Virus record (IMG/VR): IMGVR_UViG_3300048588_000115
Coordinates: 1 to 52,566 of that record
Length of the DNA stretch: 52,566 bases
DNA from: a virus
Strand: one strand, 5' to 3'
Of this stretch, positions 1 through 8,512 are shown piece by piece (the stretch's first letter is position 1; each line of letters opens with the position of its first letter). A program made the position numbers and the translations under genes. Below the pieces are notes generated by a model. It was given only the letters and a program-made list of their open reading frames with translations. It did no database searches and was not told the origin of the DNA.

Positions 1-127
1 TAAGCGGATTAATGCCAAGCAGTTGATGCGACGCTTCGCATGTGATCAAGCGTTGTCTGTTGCACATCTGCGTGAGCCCAATGCCGTTGTGGATAAGTAT
101 CTGCAAACGGCTGACCCTGCTTTGCGG
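1..127. repeat. 127-nt exact terminal identity (1-127 = 52440-52566), consistent with a circularly closed contig
   Basis: Read directly. Identity ends exactly at the window end. The same 127 nt also occur at 51036-51162 inside the paralogous gene, so the closure runs through a repeat. Confidence 0.9.
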
Positions 128-340
128 TATGCGGCGCGTAGCGCGGCATGGAATGCGGCATGGAATGCGGCGCGGTATGCGGCGTGGAATGCGGCGCGGT
201 ATGCGGCGTCGAGTGCGGCGTGGAATGCGGCGCGGTATGCGGCGTGGAATGCGGCGCGGTATGCGGCGTCGAGTGCGGCGTGGGATGCGGCAATGGAAGA
301 ATTTGATAAGCGTGTGTATGCTGTGTTTGGCTTGAATTAA
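2..340 (+). CDS. Ala/Trp 4-residue-repeat protein, paralog B, 3' part (5' part is 52192..52566)
   Basis: Frame is open from the window edge. [42 protein letters not shown] is followed by [16 protein letters not shown] repeats. Near-identical to 51036..51387. TAA at 338-340. Confidence 0.75.
   Translation, partial: KRINAKQLMRRFACDQALSVAHLREPNAVVDKYLQTADPALRYAARSAAWNAAWNAARYAAWNAARYAASSAAWNAARYAAWNAARYAASSAAWDAAMEEFDKRVYAVFGLN
128..292 (+). repeat. Coding tandem repeats with 12-nt period (GCGGCNTGGAAT / GCGGCGCGGTAT / GCGGCGTCGAGT)
   Basis: Visible by eye. 181-223 is repeated exactly at 241-283, giving a 60-nt higher-order unit. Confidence 0.85.
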
Positions 341-342
341 TA

Positions 343-777
343 ATGATAAAACACGATATTATTAAGTACACAACGCGTGTTCCTATTAGTTCTGTGCATA
401 CACCTAACCGGAGTGTAAGTGCAGAGCCAGCCTTGCATTGCCAAGCTGATCTAGATAATTGGATTAAAGATACAGAATTTCAAATTGGTAAATGGGTAAT
501 ATTTGGTTCTTCACAATTACAACGAAGTTATGCACATTCTGCTAAGGAAATTATTGCCCATCAAACAGACTACGATCAACTCCAACGACGTGCCTATCAT
601 CCATATCAACCACTTGTTATGTTTGTGCAGCCACTTGGACTAGATGCAAAGGGGGTTAGACTGGCACCTTTCTGGGAAGATGTCCGTGGACTATACGTTG
701 TAAATGACATCGATTACTTACAATACATTAAACCATTGTATGATCAAATACGATATCATAGTCAACCATCCACATGA
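343..777 (+). CDS. hypothetical protein
   Basis: 144-codon ORF starting 3 nt after the upstream stop. No motif recognised. Confidence 0.6.
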   Translation: MIKHDIIKYTTRVPISSVHTPNRSVSAEPALHCQADLDNWIKDTEFQIGKWVIFGSSQLQRSYAHSAKEIIAHQTDYDQLQRRAYHPYQPLVMFVQPLGLDAKGVRLAPFWEDVRGLYVVNDIDYLQYIKPLYDQIRYHSQPST

Positions 778-1042
778 TCAAAAGAACACAAAAGTAATTG
801 TCAAACCAGGTGACACAAACTTCCATGAAATAGTATTTCAACGTAACTTAAAAGCATGTCAATATACCGCTGGTCAGCGTGTAAAACAGCGGGGTGGTCA
901 TATTCGTGGTACAATTTTGTCTATTGAGCGTGACATAACTAAAATTAATTGGTCTAAACATAAACCAATGTTTGTCGAAGTGTTATTTGACGATAAAACA
1001 CATGTTCTTTGTAACCCAAGTCAATTGAAAAGGACTAAATAA
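704..1042 (+). CDS. hypothetical protein (start uncertain)
   Basis: 112-codon ORF overlapping the previous ORF by 74 nt. The only in-frame ATGs are at 704 and 740. Its stop overlaps the next start (TAATG 1040-1044). Confidence 0.45.
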   Translation: MTSITYNTLNHCMIKYDIIVNHPHDQKNTKVIVKPGDTNFHEIVFQRNLKACQYTAGQRVKQRGGHIRGTILSIERDITKINWSKHKPMFVEVLFDDKTHVLCNPSQLKRTK

Positions 1043-1371
1043 TGTATACAGCTTTCCCATGGGCCGTAATTCTTATGGGCGATACCATGATACTCGCTAC
1101 AGATGGACGAGATAACCGTGGTAATCGCATGCGAATGAACCAGCAAGTTGGCAAAAACACCGAGGCGTTTGAGTATCTTGGTGATATCAACGGACGTGCG
1201 GCAATTCATTGGTGTGAATCTGAGGATGCTGCACAGGCGGCAATTCGGACACTAAATCGTCTATTCCCTGCAAACGAATATGCGATTGTTCAGACAAAAG
1301 AGGTATGGGCTATTCCTAAGACGCCAGCCGTGCGTGCGGTCTATACAGAAAATGGATTGCTGCCAGCATGA
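1042..1371 (+). CDS. hypothetical protein
   Basis: 109-codon ORF coupled at both ends (TAATG upstream, ATGA downstream). Confidence 0.6.
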   Translation: MYTAFPWAVILMGDTMILATDGRDNRGNRMRMNQQVGKNTEAFEYLGDINGRAAIHWCESEDAAQAAIRTLNRLFPANEYAIVQTKEVWAIPKTPAVRAVYTENGLLPA

Positions 1372-2027
1372 GATTAGCCTCGGCTGTCTATAACGGAGCA
1401 TATCCGTTTGAAAACATGAATGGTGTGGCGAGCGTTGCACAGGTCGATCATCCAAGTGATCTAACAACCAATGATATCTTGATTATTTGGGGTGGTGGTG
1501 ATATTCATCCATCGCTCTATAATAAACTAGCTGCAAGTAAATCTGGTGCATATTTGCTGCCATCTCGTCGTGATGTGTGTGAGTGGGATTTGCTTCAACG
1601 TGCTATTAAATTAGGCATTCCAACCATTGGTATCTGTCGTGGAGCGCAGATGCTATGTGCGGTTGCCGGTGGCTATTTAATCCAGGATGTTACTGGGCAT
1701 GCAGGAAACAATCACGCTATTACCACGGTTAATGGGGATAGGTTACATGTAAATTCTATCCACCACCAAATGATGGCTCCGTGGGGTGTTGAGCATGAGC
1801 TATTAGCGTGGTCTTCTGACACGCTAAGTCGGCATTATCTAGATGTTACAGATGATGGTGTAGACTCACACGTGTCAGTACCATGTGAACCAGAGTTAGT
1901 CTATTTTCCTAAAGTGCGTGGACTTGCAGCACAATGGCATCCAGAAATGATGGATGAAAATTCTGCTGCAACCCAATATTTAATGAGTCATATTTACGAT
2001 AAATTCATGGTGATGGAGCATGCATAG
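1368..2027 (+). CDS. class I glutamine amidotransferase-like / peptidase C26 (gamma-glutamyl hydrolase, PuuD-like)
   Basis: ILIIWGGGDIHP, GICRGAQML (nucleophile-elbow Cys), IHHQ and WHPE (His-Glu) match the GATase1/C26 pattern. Confidence 0.7.
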   Translation: MRLASAVYNGAYPFENMNGVASVAQVDHPSDLTTNDILIIWGGGDIHPSLYNKLAASKSGAYLLPSRRDVCEWDLLQRAIKLGIPTIGICRGAQMLCAVAGGYLIQDVTGHAGNNHAITTVNGDRLHVNSIHHQMMAPWGVEHELLAWSSDTLSRHYLDVTDDGVDSHVSVPCEPELVYFPKVRGLAAQWHPEMMDENSAATQYLMSHIYDKFMVMEHA

Positions 2028-2337
2028 AATTCAATTACACGTTTTTGATGTTGAAAATCCAACTAGTGTGGAAATCAATGATGGAGATGCGTTTGACAAT
2101 ACAGAAAAAGTTGATACTTGGGGATATGCACCAACAATAGCTGGTTGTTGCGGTAGTGTACAATATACTACAATTAAAACAAACATTAACAACAAGGGTT
2201 GTATGCTGTCAATTACCGACCAGTGTGAGCGGGTCCCTGATGGAGTTGATTCCACTGAAAAACCATATTTTGTTGATAATGTTCAAGTTGGTGATAAATG
2301 GATTAATTTTCTATTGAGAGGCTCTCGTGGTAATTAA
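2020..2337 (+). CDS. hypothetical protein
   Basis: 105-codon ORF overlapping the upstream stop by 8 nt. No motif recognised. Confidence 0.55.
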   Translation: MHRIQLHVFDVENPTSVEINDGDAFDNTEKVDTWGYAPTIAGCCGSVQYTTIKTNINNKGCMLSITDQCERVPDGVDSTEKPYFVDNVQVGDKWINFLLRGSRGN

Positions 2338-2764
2338 AAGTGTTTATTTCAATAGCTTATTTTCAATTTTTGGATATGAGCTAAGTTTTATATTTGGATC
2401 AGACACTGTTACCAATCTATATAATCTTAATCTGTGGAAAACTAACTCATTTATGGCAATGGGCCATAACTTTATTTCTCCCTTTAGTGTCAATAGTCTA
2501 GAAGATATCACTATTGAGCTTCTAAAAAGTAAGTTTCAAAAGCGGCTTATAAACTACTACAATTACTATAAAGGAAAAGATGAGGCGCACATTTTCATCC
2601 TACGTGATGAGCAATTAAACATATTTAATGAGTTTTGTTTTGATATTCCACTTAATTCTTTGATTACCTATCAAAGCGATAAATTTGTTAATCGTAATTA
2701 CGATATTGAAGGGCGTAAACCATATTTGACCGTTTTGGTATTGGATTTTTCAAAGGAGAAATAA
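2327..2764 (+). CDS. hypothetical protein (very AT-rich gene)
   Basis: 145-codon ORF. Hand count of 2401-2460 gives 30% GC. ATAATG coupling to the next gene. Confidence 0.5.
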   Translation: MVIKSVYFNSLFSIFGYELSFIFGSDTVTNLYNLNLWKTNSFMAMGHNFISPFSVNSLEDITIELLKSKFQKRLINYYNYYKGKDEAHIFILRDEQLNIFNEFCFDIPLNSLITYQSDKFVNRNYDIEGRKPYLTVLVLDFSKEK

Positions 2765-3543
2765 TGTTTACACTTGGTGCTGATCCAGAACTATTTTTAG
2801 CTGATGCTGCTGGAAGCTATATTGCTTCTTGCGGTTTGTTTGGTGGAACAAAACTAATGCCGTCACCTATGGGCATTGGTGATGGCTTCATGCTTCAAGA
2901 AGATAATGTCGCACTAGAATTCAACATCCCGCCGGGTGACTCAAAAGCACAATTTGTTAATGCAATTAATCGTGCAATGTCACATTTATCGGACTTAGCC
3001 GCAAAGCATAAATTACATTTGATTAATAAAGCATCAGCGGTGTTCGATGAGTCACAGTTGTGGCACCCGTTGTCACGTGAATTTGGATGTGATCCTGATT
3101 TTGATGCATGGAAAAATGGAGAGAAAAATCCAAAGCCATCTTCTGCAAATAAATATTTGCGCTCATGTGGTGGACACGTCCATGTTGGTTACAAATTTGA
3201 GCAATATGACGACATAATCCGCTTTATTAAGTACATGGATTTGTTTACTATTGGTGCTGTTATTCTTGATAATGACACCGCGCGTAGGCAGCTTTATGGC
3301 AAGCCAGGAGCATTTAGGCCCAAACGATATGGCTGTGAGTATCGTAGCCTATCGAATTTCTGGGTGTTTGATCCAGCTATTACTGGTTGGGTTTGGGATG
3401 CAACCTCGGCAGCCATGAACGCATGGCAGAATAACTCTATTAGCATTGATGAGTTGGGTTCTGAATTACAAGCAGTAATTAACAATAATGATAAGACAAC
3501 TGCACGCCAGTTTGTTGATGCATATCAATTACCAATGATCTAA
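2764..3543 (+). CDS. carboxylate-amine (COOH-NH2) ligase, GS/GCS fold, phiEco32-type
   Basis: GADPELF near the N-terminus, EDNVALEFNIPP, GGHVHVG and CEYRS. This is an E-x-E / H-x-H / R pattern typical of glutamine-synthetase-fold ligases. Family assignment is from memory of the phage COOH-NH2 ligase family. Confidence 0.6.
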   Translation: MFTLGADPELFLADAAGSYIASCGLFGGTKLMPSPMGIGDGFMLQEDNVALEFNIPPGDSKAQFVNAINRAMSHLSDLAAKHKLHLINKASAVFDESQLWHPLSREFGCDPDFDAWKNGEKNPKPSSANKYLRSCGGHVHVGYKFEQYDDIIRFIKYMDLFTIGAVILDNDTARRQLYGKPGAFRPKRYGCEYRSLSNFWVFDPAITGWVWDATSAAMNAWQNNSISIDELGSELQAVINNNDKTTARQFVDAYQLPMI

Positions 3544-4163
3544 TGAAAGACACTTTTTCTTCCACCAATTTTCGTGATTGGGCGGGCCGCTATGAAGGAA
3601 CATTTGGCTGGTTGCTACAAGGTGAGCACAAGCTGCTTGTACAGCTTATTGATCACTCGAACACACACGTATACTTCATAACGGAACCAGAAGGTATGCG
3701 TTTCCACGCAAAGATTGATAGTGGTGTGCAGTTTGAGTTTATGCAGGTCGATCATGCATGGATTAATACTGATAAAGAAGATGAAATTTATCTTCTTGCA
3801 CGTAATCCTCAAAAGCAGTGGAGACGCGGGGTGCACTCCAACAATACAATTATCCGTAAGCCATCTCCACGTGGATTACGTGATATTGCCGTGACATTAC
3901 CTCATCTACAGCGTGTTTATTCCGATGTGTCGAATAGTTATCGTCGGAAGTATCCTGTGACACCATCTTCATGCGTTGCAATATCACGTGCTTTTGCAAT
4001 TGCATATGGGGAACTATATCTTTATGAGAGAGTAATTGGGGCACTAGAAGGTCGTGTCCTAAAATTATTTGACACTGCAAGTATTGTGGCACAAGAATTA
4101 CGTGACGCGATTAATCGAAATAACTTTATTGATGAGTTTATGTTGGAGATAACTAGTGAGTGA
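3543..4163 (+). CDS. hypothetical protein embedded in the ligase cassette
   Basis: 206-codon ORF, TAATG-coupled upstream, overlapping the downstream start by 8 nt. Confidence 0.6.
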   Translation: MKDTFSSTNFRDWAGRYEGTFGWLLQGEHKLLVQLIDHSNTHVYFITEPEGMRFHAKIDSGVQFEFMQVDHAWINTDKEDEIYLLARNPQKQWRRGVHSNNTIIRKPSPRGLRDIAVTLPHLQRVYSDVSNSYRRKYPVTPSSCVAISRAFAIAYGELYLYERVIGALEGRVLKLFDTASIVAQELRDAINRNNFIDEFMLEITSE

Positions 4164-5160
4164 CACAATTATTAAGATTATGGGATTTGACCCGGTGGCT
4201 GCTTGGACTTCTAACAAAGTGACGCCACATCATAATCCTGTGCCATCATTGTTGTATGGTTTAGAGCTAGAGATCGAGAGCGCGAATCCAGAGTGGGTTG
4301 TACCGGGTATGCTTGTAGAAACTGATGGATCACTGCGGAATAATGGCTTTGAGTTTATTTTGAAGCCAATGACGTATAGTCATGTCCAATATGTTCTTGA
4401 GAACTTCTTTAAAAAGAGTAATGTTAATACTACAAACTATACAGAACGCTGCTCAACTCATGTGCATATCAATGTGCAAAACCTAACACTAGAGCAAGTG
4501 GCAAATATTTGTCTTGTGTACCAGGTGTTTGAGCGTGTATTGTTTAATTGGGTAGGCGAAGGACGAAGTAAGAATATCTTTTGTGTGCCTTGGTATGATA
4601 CGTTGCTTACATATCAAGCGTGCTACACTCTTGTTGAAAAGAAATCGATGCCCAATTGGCAGAAATACACAGCCCTTAATCTTCTTCCAATGAGTTCTAT
4701 CGGAACTATCGAATTTCGTCATTTGGAAGGTACAAATAATATTCCACGCATTATGTTGTGGTGCCGCTTGATTGGCTGTATCTATAAGATTGCTACCGAA
4801 CTCGATCATAAAACACTGCTAAATCGGTTTATGCTCCTAAATACTAATTCTCAATATGCAGATATGCTGCAAATTGTGTTTGGTGACGATGCAGCGGAAC
4901 TACGTATTGGTAATTTCCATGAATTAATGGAAGATGGTGTCCTCCGCATGAAATATTCAATGTTAAACCCATCCCCAAAAAAGTTAAGTAATAAAATTCA
5001 TATTGGTGATAATGAATTACATGATTGGATTGCTAATCTTAGTGTCGCACGGCCTGATCTAGTAATACGCAATAACTGGAATATTGAAGCACCAACGTAT
5101 ATACAGGAAACACCTACCGCAATGATTTTGGATGATTTTCATACTGAGGATAACGAATAA
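4156..5160 (+). CDS. putative amidoligase (Amidoligase_2-type, GS fold)
   Basis: Motifs GLELEIES, ETDGSLRNNGFEFILKP, STHVHINV and IEFRHLEGT. Confidence 0.65.
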   Translation: MSDTIIKIMGFDPVAAWTSNKVTPHHNPVPSLLYGLELEIESANPEWVVPGMLVETDGSLRNNGFEFILKPMTYSHVQYVLENFFKKSNVNTTNYTERCSTHVHINVQNLTLEQVANICLVYQVFERVLFNWVGEGRSKNIFCVPWYDTLLTYQACYTLVEKKSMPNWQKYTALNLLPMSSIGTIEFRHLEGTNNIPRIMLWCRLIGCIYKIATELDHKTLLNRFMLLNTNSQYADMLQIVFGDDAAELRIGNFHELMEDGVLRMKYSMLNPSPKKLSNKIHIGDNELHDWIANLSVARPDLVIRNNWNIEAPTYIQETPTAMILDDFHTEDNE

Positions 5161-6443
5161 TGTGTGGGATTGTAGGAATGCTTTCTCCATGGAAAAATGG
5201 TTTCCAAACGGATGAAATGGACACGTTTAAAGACATGTTATTTATTGACACACTACGTGGTTGGGATAGCACGGGTGTGTTTAGTGTGACAAATAATAAG
5301 AACGTACATATTGTTAAGGGAGCTATGCATGGCGCTGATTTTATCCGCAGCAGTGACTTCTCATCGTGGAAACAATCGACATTTTTGAATGGGCTATTTA
5401 TGGTTGGGCATAATCGTGCTGCCACAAAAGGCTCGGTGAGTGACGAAAATGCACATCCATTCTGGATTGATGATAAGATTGTATTAGTTCAAAATGGAAC
5501 ATACTATGGCGATCATAGTCATTTAAAGGATACTGAAGTTGATACCGAAGCGGTCGCACATGTAATTGCTGAACATGATGACATTGCTGAAGCATTACAA
5601 AAGATTAATGCCGCATATGTATTGGTGTGGTATAATGTCGACACTGGGTGTTTGCATATCATCCGTAACGATCAACGACCACTATATCTTGCTTACACTA
5701 GCACGAATGGCATCATTTTTGCATCTGAAGAGTCTACGATTATGTATGCGGCTTATCGTAATAAGCTTAAATTAAAGTCTCCGCCTAAGATGTTGGCGAC
5801 CAGTACTTTATATACATATCGTATTAATTCACGCAATACCTGGGAAGAGGAGGAAGAAGAAATTGATGCCAAATTTCGTCACTCCAATACGAAGACTTAT
5901 GAGAGCACTCCTATTAAAGAGTGGGACTGGGATGAGTGGACGAGTATGAGGTATGGACCTAATGCCCCAGGCCATCAAAGCACGCATAAAGATCCTATTG
6001 TGGATAAGCGTGATAATTCACAGATCACGATTTATGATATTATTCAGAAAGGCGACGCAAAAGATTTTGCACTTACACAAAAGCAGAAACTATATTGGTC
6101 TAACCACATTACTGAGAATCGTGCTGGCACACTGCCGATTGAATTCCATGATTATGTTGCATTAAATGATGAAAAGGATTGTCGTCGTTGGATGGTGATT
6201 GGTAAAATCATCTCGCCATATGAGGATGGAGAGATGGGGTCACCCTTGGTGTATGGTTTTATCTTTGATCAAGATGAAATGTATATGCTTGAGTATGTTG
6301 ATCATGCACTATATACTGGTCGCAGTCCTACTGCTGGTATAATTCACAATGTTAATTGGGGTCACCATGATCATTATCAGGTTTATACTGTGTTTGTCAC
6401 TGACCTAGTTCCTATTCAATTGGTCGATCACGTTGCACAATAA
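5160..6443 (+). CDS. class II (Ntn) glutamine amidotransferase-domain protein
   Basis: MCGIVGM N-terminus (Cys nucleophile exposed after Met removal) and HNRAATKG. TAATG coupling at both ends. The C-terminal ~200 aa are unassigned. Confidence 0.75.
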   Translation: MCGIVGMLSPWKNGFQTDEMDTFKDMLFIDTLRGWDSTGVFSVTNNKNVHIVKGAMHGADFIRSSDFSSWKQSTFLNGLFMVGHNRAATKGSVSDENAHPFWIDDKIVLVQNGTYYGDHSHLKDTEVDTEAVAHVIAEHDDIAEALQKINAAYVLVWYNVDTGCLHIIRNDQRPLYLAYTSTNGIIFASEESTIMYAAYRNKLKLKSPPKMLATSTLYTYRINSRNTWEEEEEEIDAKFRHSNTKTYESTPIKEWDWDEWTSMRYGPNAPGHQSTHKDPIVDKRDNSQITIYDIIQKGDAKDFALTQKQKLYWSNHITENRAGTLPIEFHDYVALNDEKDCRRWMVIGKIISPYEDGEMGSPLVYGFIFDQDEMYMLEYVDHALYTGRSPTAGIIHNVNWGHHDHYQVYTVFVTDLVPIQLVDHVAQ

Positions 6444-7159
6444 TGTACACAAAACCATTTTATATTGTTGTTAATCCCACTGGATCGAAGTTTGCTAAGA
6501 CACTACAGAGTGCACTAAGAGCTACTGTCACAAACTCGATTTATCGACGATTAACTCCACGACAATTACGCAATAATTTCATTGTTACTACTACCACACT
6601 AGATAAAATCCAACAATTAACACGTTTTAAGGAACATAATGTCCCACATCCAAGCTTTGAAACAGATCGCAGCCGACTGCGCGACACTGGCAAACAAATT
6701 TGGTTTGCGCGCACTCTCATCAAAGCCACTAACGGAAGAGGAATTGTGGAGTTTGATTTGCGAAGTGAACGAGATATCCCAGTCGCTCCTCTCTACACGG
6801 AATACATCCCAAAAAGAGCCGAGTATCGCTTCCACGTCTTCAACGGAAACGTAATTGATGTACAGGAAAAAAGAAAGAAGCGCGACTTTGGGGATGGTAG
6901 GAACACTCGCGTTCGGAATGTTAACAATGGTTATGTATATTGTCGTGATGCTGTCAATCCTCCTGATGGCGCTGCCGATATCGCTGTACGTGCAGTGCAA
7001 GCAGTTGGCTATCAATATGGCGCAGTGGATCTCATCTATAATGAGCATCGAAATCAGTGCTATGTCCTTGAAGTTAACTCGCGGCCTGGACTTATGGGTA
7101 CAACGATTGACAAATATGTTGAAGCGCTGATTAACCAGTATGATCTTAGGAGAAAATAA
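6443..7159 (+). CDS. ATP-grasp family ligase
   Basis: GRGIVEF, YTEYIPKRAEYRFHVFNG and YGAVDLIY...CYVLEVNSRPGL (E-x-N metal/ATP site). Confidence 0.75.
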   Translation: MYTKPFYIVVNPTGSKFAKTLQSALRATVTNSIYRRLTPRQLRNNFIVTTTTLDKIQQLTRFKEHNVPHPSFETDRSRLRDTGKQIWFARTLIKATNGRGIVEFDLRSERDIPVAPLYTEYIPKRAEYRFHVFNGNVIDVQEKRKKRDFGDGRNTRVRNVNNGYVYCRDAVNPPDGAADIAVRAVQAVGYQYGAVDLIYNEHRNQCYVLEVNSRPGLMGTTIDKYVEALINQYDLRRK

Positions 7160-7386
7160 TGTCGATGCATAAAGGTATGATTGGTAAGATTGGTCCTGCA
7201 AGTGTAGATGTGACTCTTGGTGATTACATTGCACGTAAGCAGCAAGCTGCCGCATTTGATTCTGTTGCACAAGAGAATAAGCTGTCATTTGAACAATGGT
7301 TTAAGCAAATTAATGAACAACATGGTTTGCCACCTGCATATACACTTGCTAAGTGGGCGTGGCGAGCCGGTCAGGAGAATAAATGA
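7159..7386 (+). CDS. hypothetical protein
   Basis: 75-codon ORF, TAATG-coupled upstream and ATGA-type overlap downstream. Confidence 0.55.
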   Translation: MSMHKGMIGKIGPASVDVTLGDYIARKQQAAAFDSVAQENKLSFEQWFKQINEQHGLPPAYTLAKWAWRAGQENK

Positions 7387-7601
7387 TGTATAAACTTCTT
7401 AATTTACTATTTGGATGGGATTATATCCATTGGTCGAATAGTGCCGCTAGTGGTATTGCACGTGTTATAGCGTTACCAAGTGGTGAAATAGCTTACTGGC
7501 GTTATCGAAACATTAGTGTAATGGATGTAATCGAGAAGCCAACACAAGTTCGCTGGCTGACATGTCCACCAACTAAATATTTTCCTACGGAGAATAAATA
7601 A
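7383..7601 (+). CDS. hypothetical protein
   Basis: 72-codon ORF. Its stop overlaps the next ATG (TAATG at 7599-7603). Confidence 0.55.
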   Translation: MMYKLLNLLFGWDYIHWSNSAASGIARVIALPSGEIAYWRYRNISVMDVIEKPTQVRWLTCPPTKYFPTENK

Positions 7602-7768
7602 TGCAGCATACATATACTCAATTTAATGGGAATCTTGAGCTATATAATGATCCTCGTTATATCGCTGCTAACAACGCGTTTTATGCTGCAATTGAGTTAC
7701 TAAAGCAGTGTGGTATGGAACATAATCAAGCCTGCAATTGGATGAAATCCTGGGGCTATCAGGACTGA
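7601..7768 (+). CDS. hypothetical small protein (55 aa, below the ORF-track cutoff)
   Basis: Hand-translated: MQHTYTQFNGNLELYNDPRYIAANNAFYAAIELLKQCGMEHNQACNWMKSWGYQD. It fills the gap and is coupled to the upstream stop. Confidence 0.5.
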   Translation: MQHTYTQFNGNLELYNDPRYIAANNAFYAAIELLKQCGMEHNQACNWMKSWGYQD

Positions 7769-7777
7769 GACTGAATA

Positions 7778-7948
7778 ATGGAATTGTTTATTCCATATGG
7801 GTACACACCATACGAAGGAAATATACATTACGGTGTGTTTAATACGCGAGAGCAAGCTGAGGCAGTGCTATCCGAAGAACGCTCTTATAATTACTATGAG
7901 TCATATGAAATTTTCGTCACCAAACTTAATATTAAGGATCTTTTCTAA
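7778..7948 (+). CDS. hypothetical small protein (56 aa)
   Basis: Hand-translated: MELFIPYGYTPYEGNIHYGVFNTREQAEAVLSEERSYNYYESYEIFVTKLNIKDLF. TAATG overlap with the next gene. Confidence 0.5.
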   Translation: MELFIPYGYTPYEGNIHYGVFNTREQAEAVLSEERSYNYYESYEIFVTKLNIKDLF

Positions 7949-8160
7949 TGCGCTGCCAATGTTGTAATTCTAATCTCTCTGACTATGAGAGTGTGCTAAG
8001 GCACCCTGAAACACTTGAGTATCTTGATATTTGTCGTAAATGTCTTAAAGATATTCCAATTAATCCTCTTGTTCCTGCCGATTTAGTTGAAACCAGCGAC
8101 CCAGATGAATTCAGCTTTGATGATGATATGTATATAGAGGATGATGAAGATGACGAATAA
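7948..8160 (+). CDS. small zinc-ribbon-like protein with a poly-acidic C-terminus
   Basis: CQCC...CRKC cysteine pairs. The C-terminus is DPDEFSFDDDMYIEDDEDDE. Confidence 0.55.
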   Translation: MRCQCCNSNLSDYESVLRHPETLEYLDICRKCLKDIPINPLVPADLVETSDPDEFSFDDDMYIEDDEDDE

Positions 8161-8512
8161 GCTTGAGATTAAATCGTGGCCTCGATTTTATGACTATCGT
8201 ACTAATTATAATGGTGATCCGGTTGAAGACTACGACTGGAAATATGATTGGGAAGAAAATTGGGAGATGGACTACGAGATTCCACACTTTTGTTACTGTT
8301 GTGGCGCTGCTATTAGGGGTGAAACTACAAATAAGTCGCAGCCATTACTTCGTCGTGGTATCACTATTCATGCTGGATTTTTAGGTAAACCTGGGATAAA
8401 AGAGGTTAAATCTACAGATTTTGAGACTAAAAAAGTAACTGTTGATATTCAGCATATTCAAACAAAGGCGGGGCCTTTGACGTGTGTAATTGCATTACCA
8501 ACGGAGAAATAA
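8141..8512 (+). CDS. hypothetical protein
   Basis: 123-codon ORF with a 20-nt overlap upstream. Confidence 0.55.
   Translation: MMKMTNKLEIKSWPRFYDYRTNYNGDPVEDYDWKYDWEENWEMDYEIPHFCYCCGAAIRGETTNKSQPLLRRGITIHAGFLGKPGIKEVKSTDFETKKVTVDIQHIQTKAGPLTCVIALPTEK

Noticed and set aside
128-292. Possible CRISPR array (regular short repeats here, at 51165-51345 and at 28440-28570)
   Set aside because: The repeats are contiguous without spacers, have 12/21/24-nt periods, and lie in frame inside ORFs. They are coding tandem repeats, not CRISPR.
9-371. Long minus-strand ORFs across the repeat arrays (9..371 and 51044..51436) encoding PHSTPHTA-type repeats, plus +1-frame GMRRGMRR ORFs
   Set aside because: They exist only because the 12-nt repeat is open in several frames. 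The plus-strand frame is continuous with a conserved non-repetitive N-domain and has an RBS cassette.
6617-7288. 223-codon minus-strand ORF antisense to the ATP-grasp gene
   Set aside because: It fully overlaps a plus-strand gene with clear ATP-grasp motifs, lies in an otherwise strictly plus-strand arm, and has low-complexity, odd composition.
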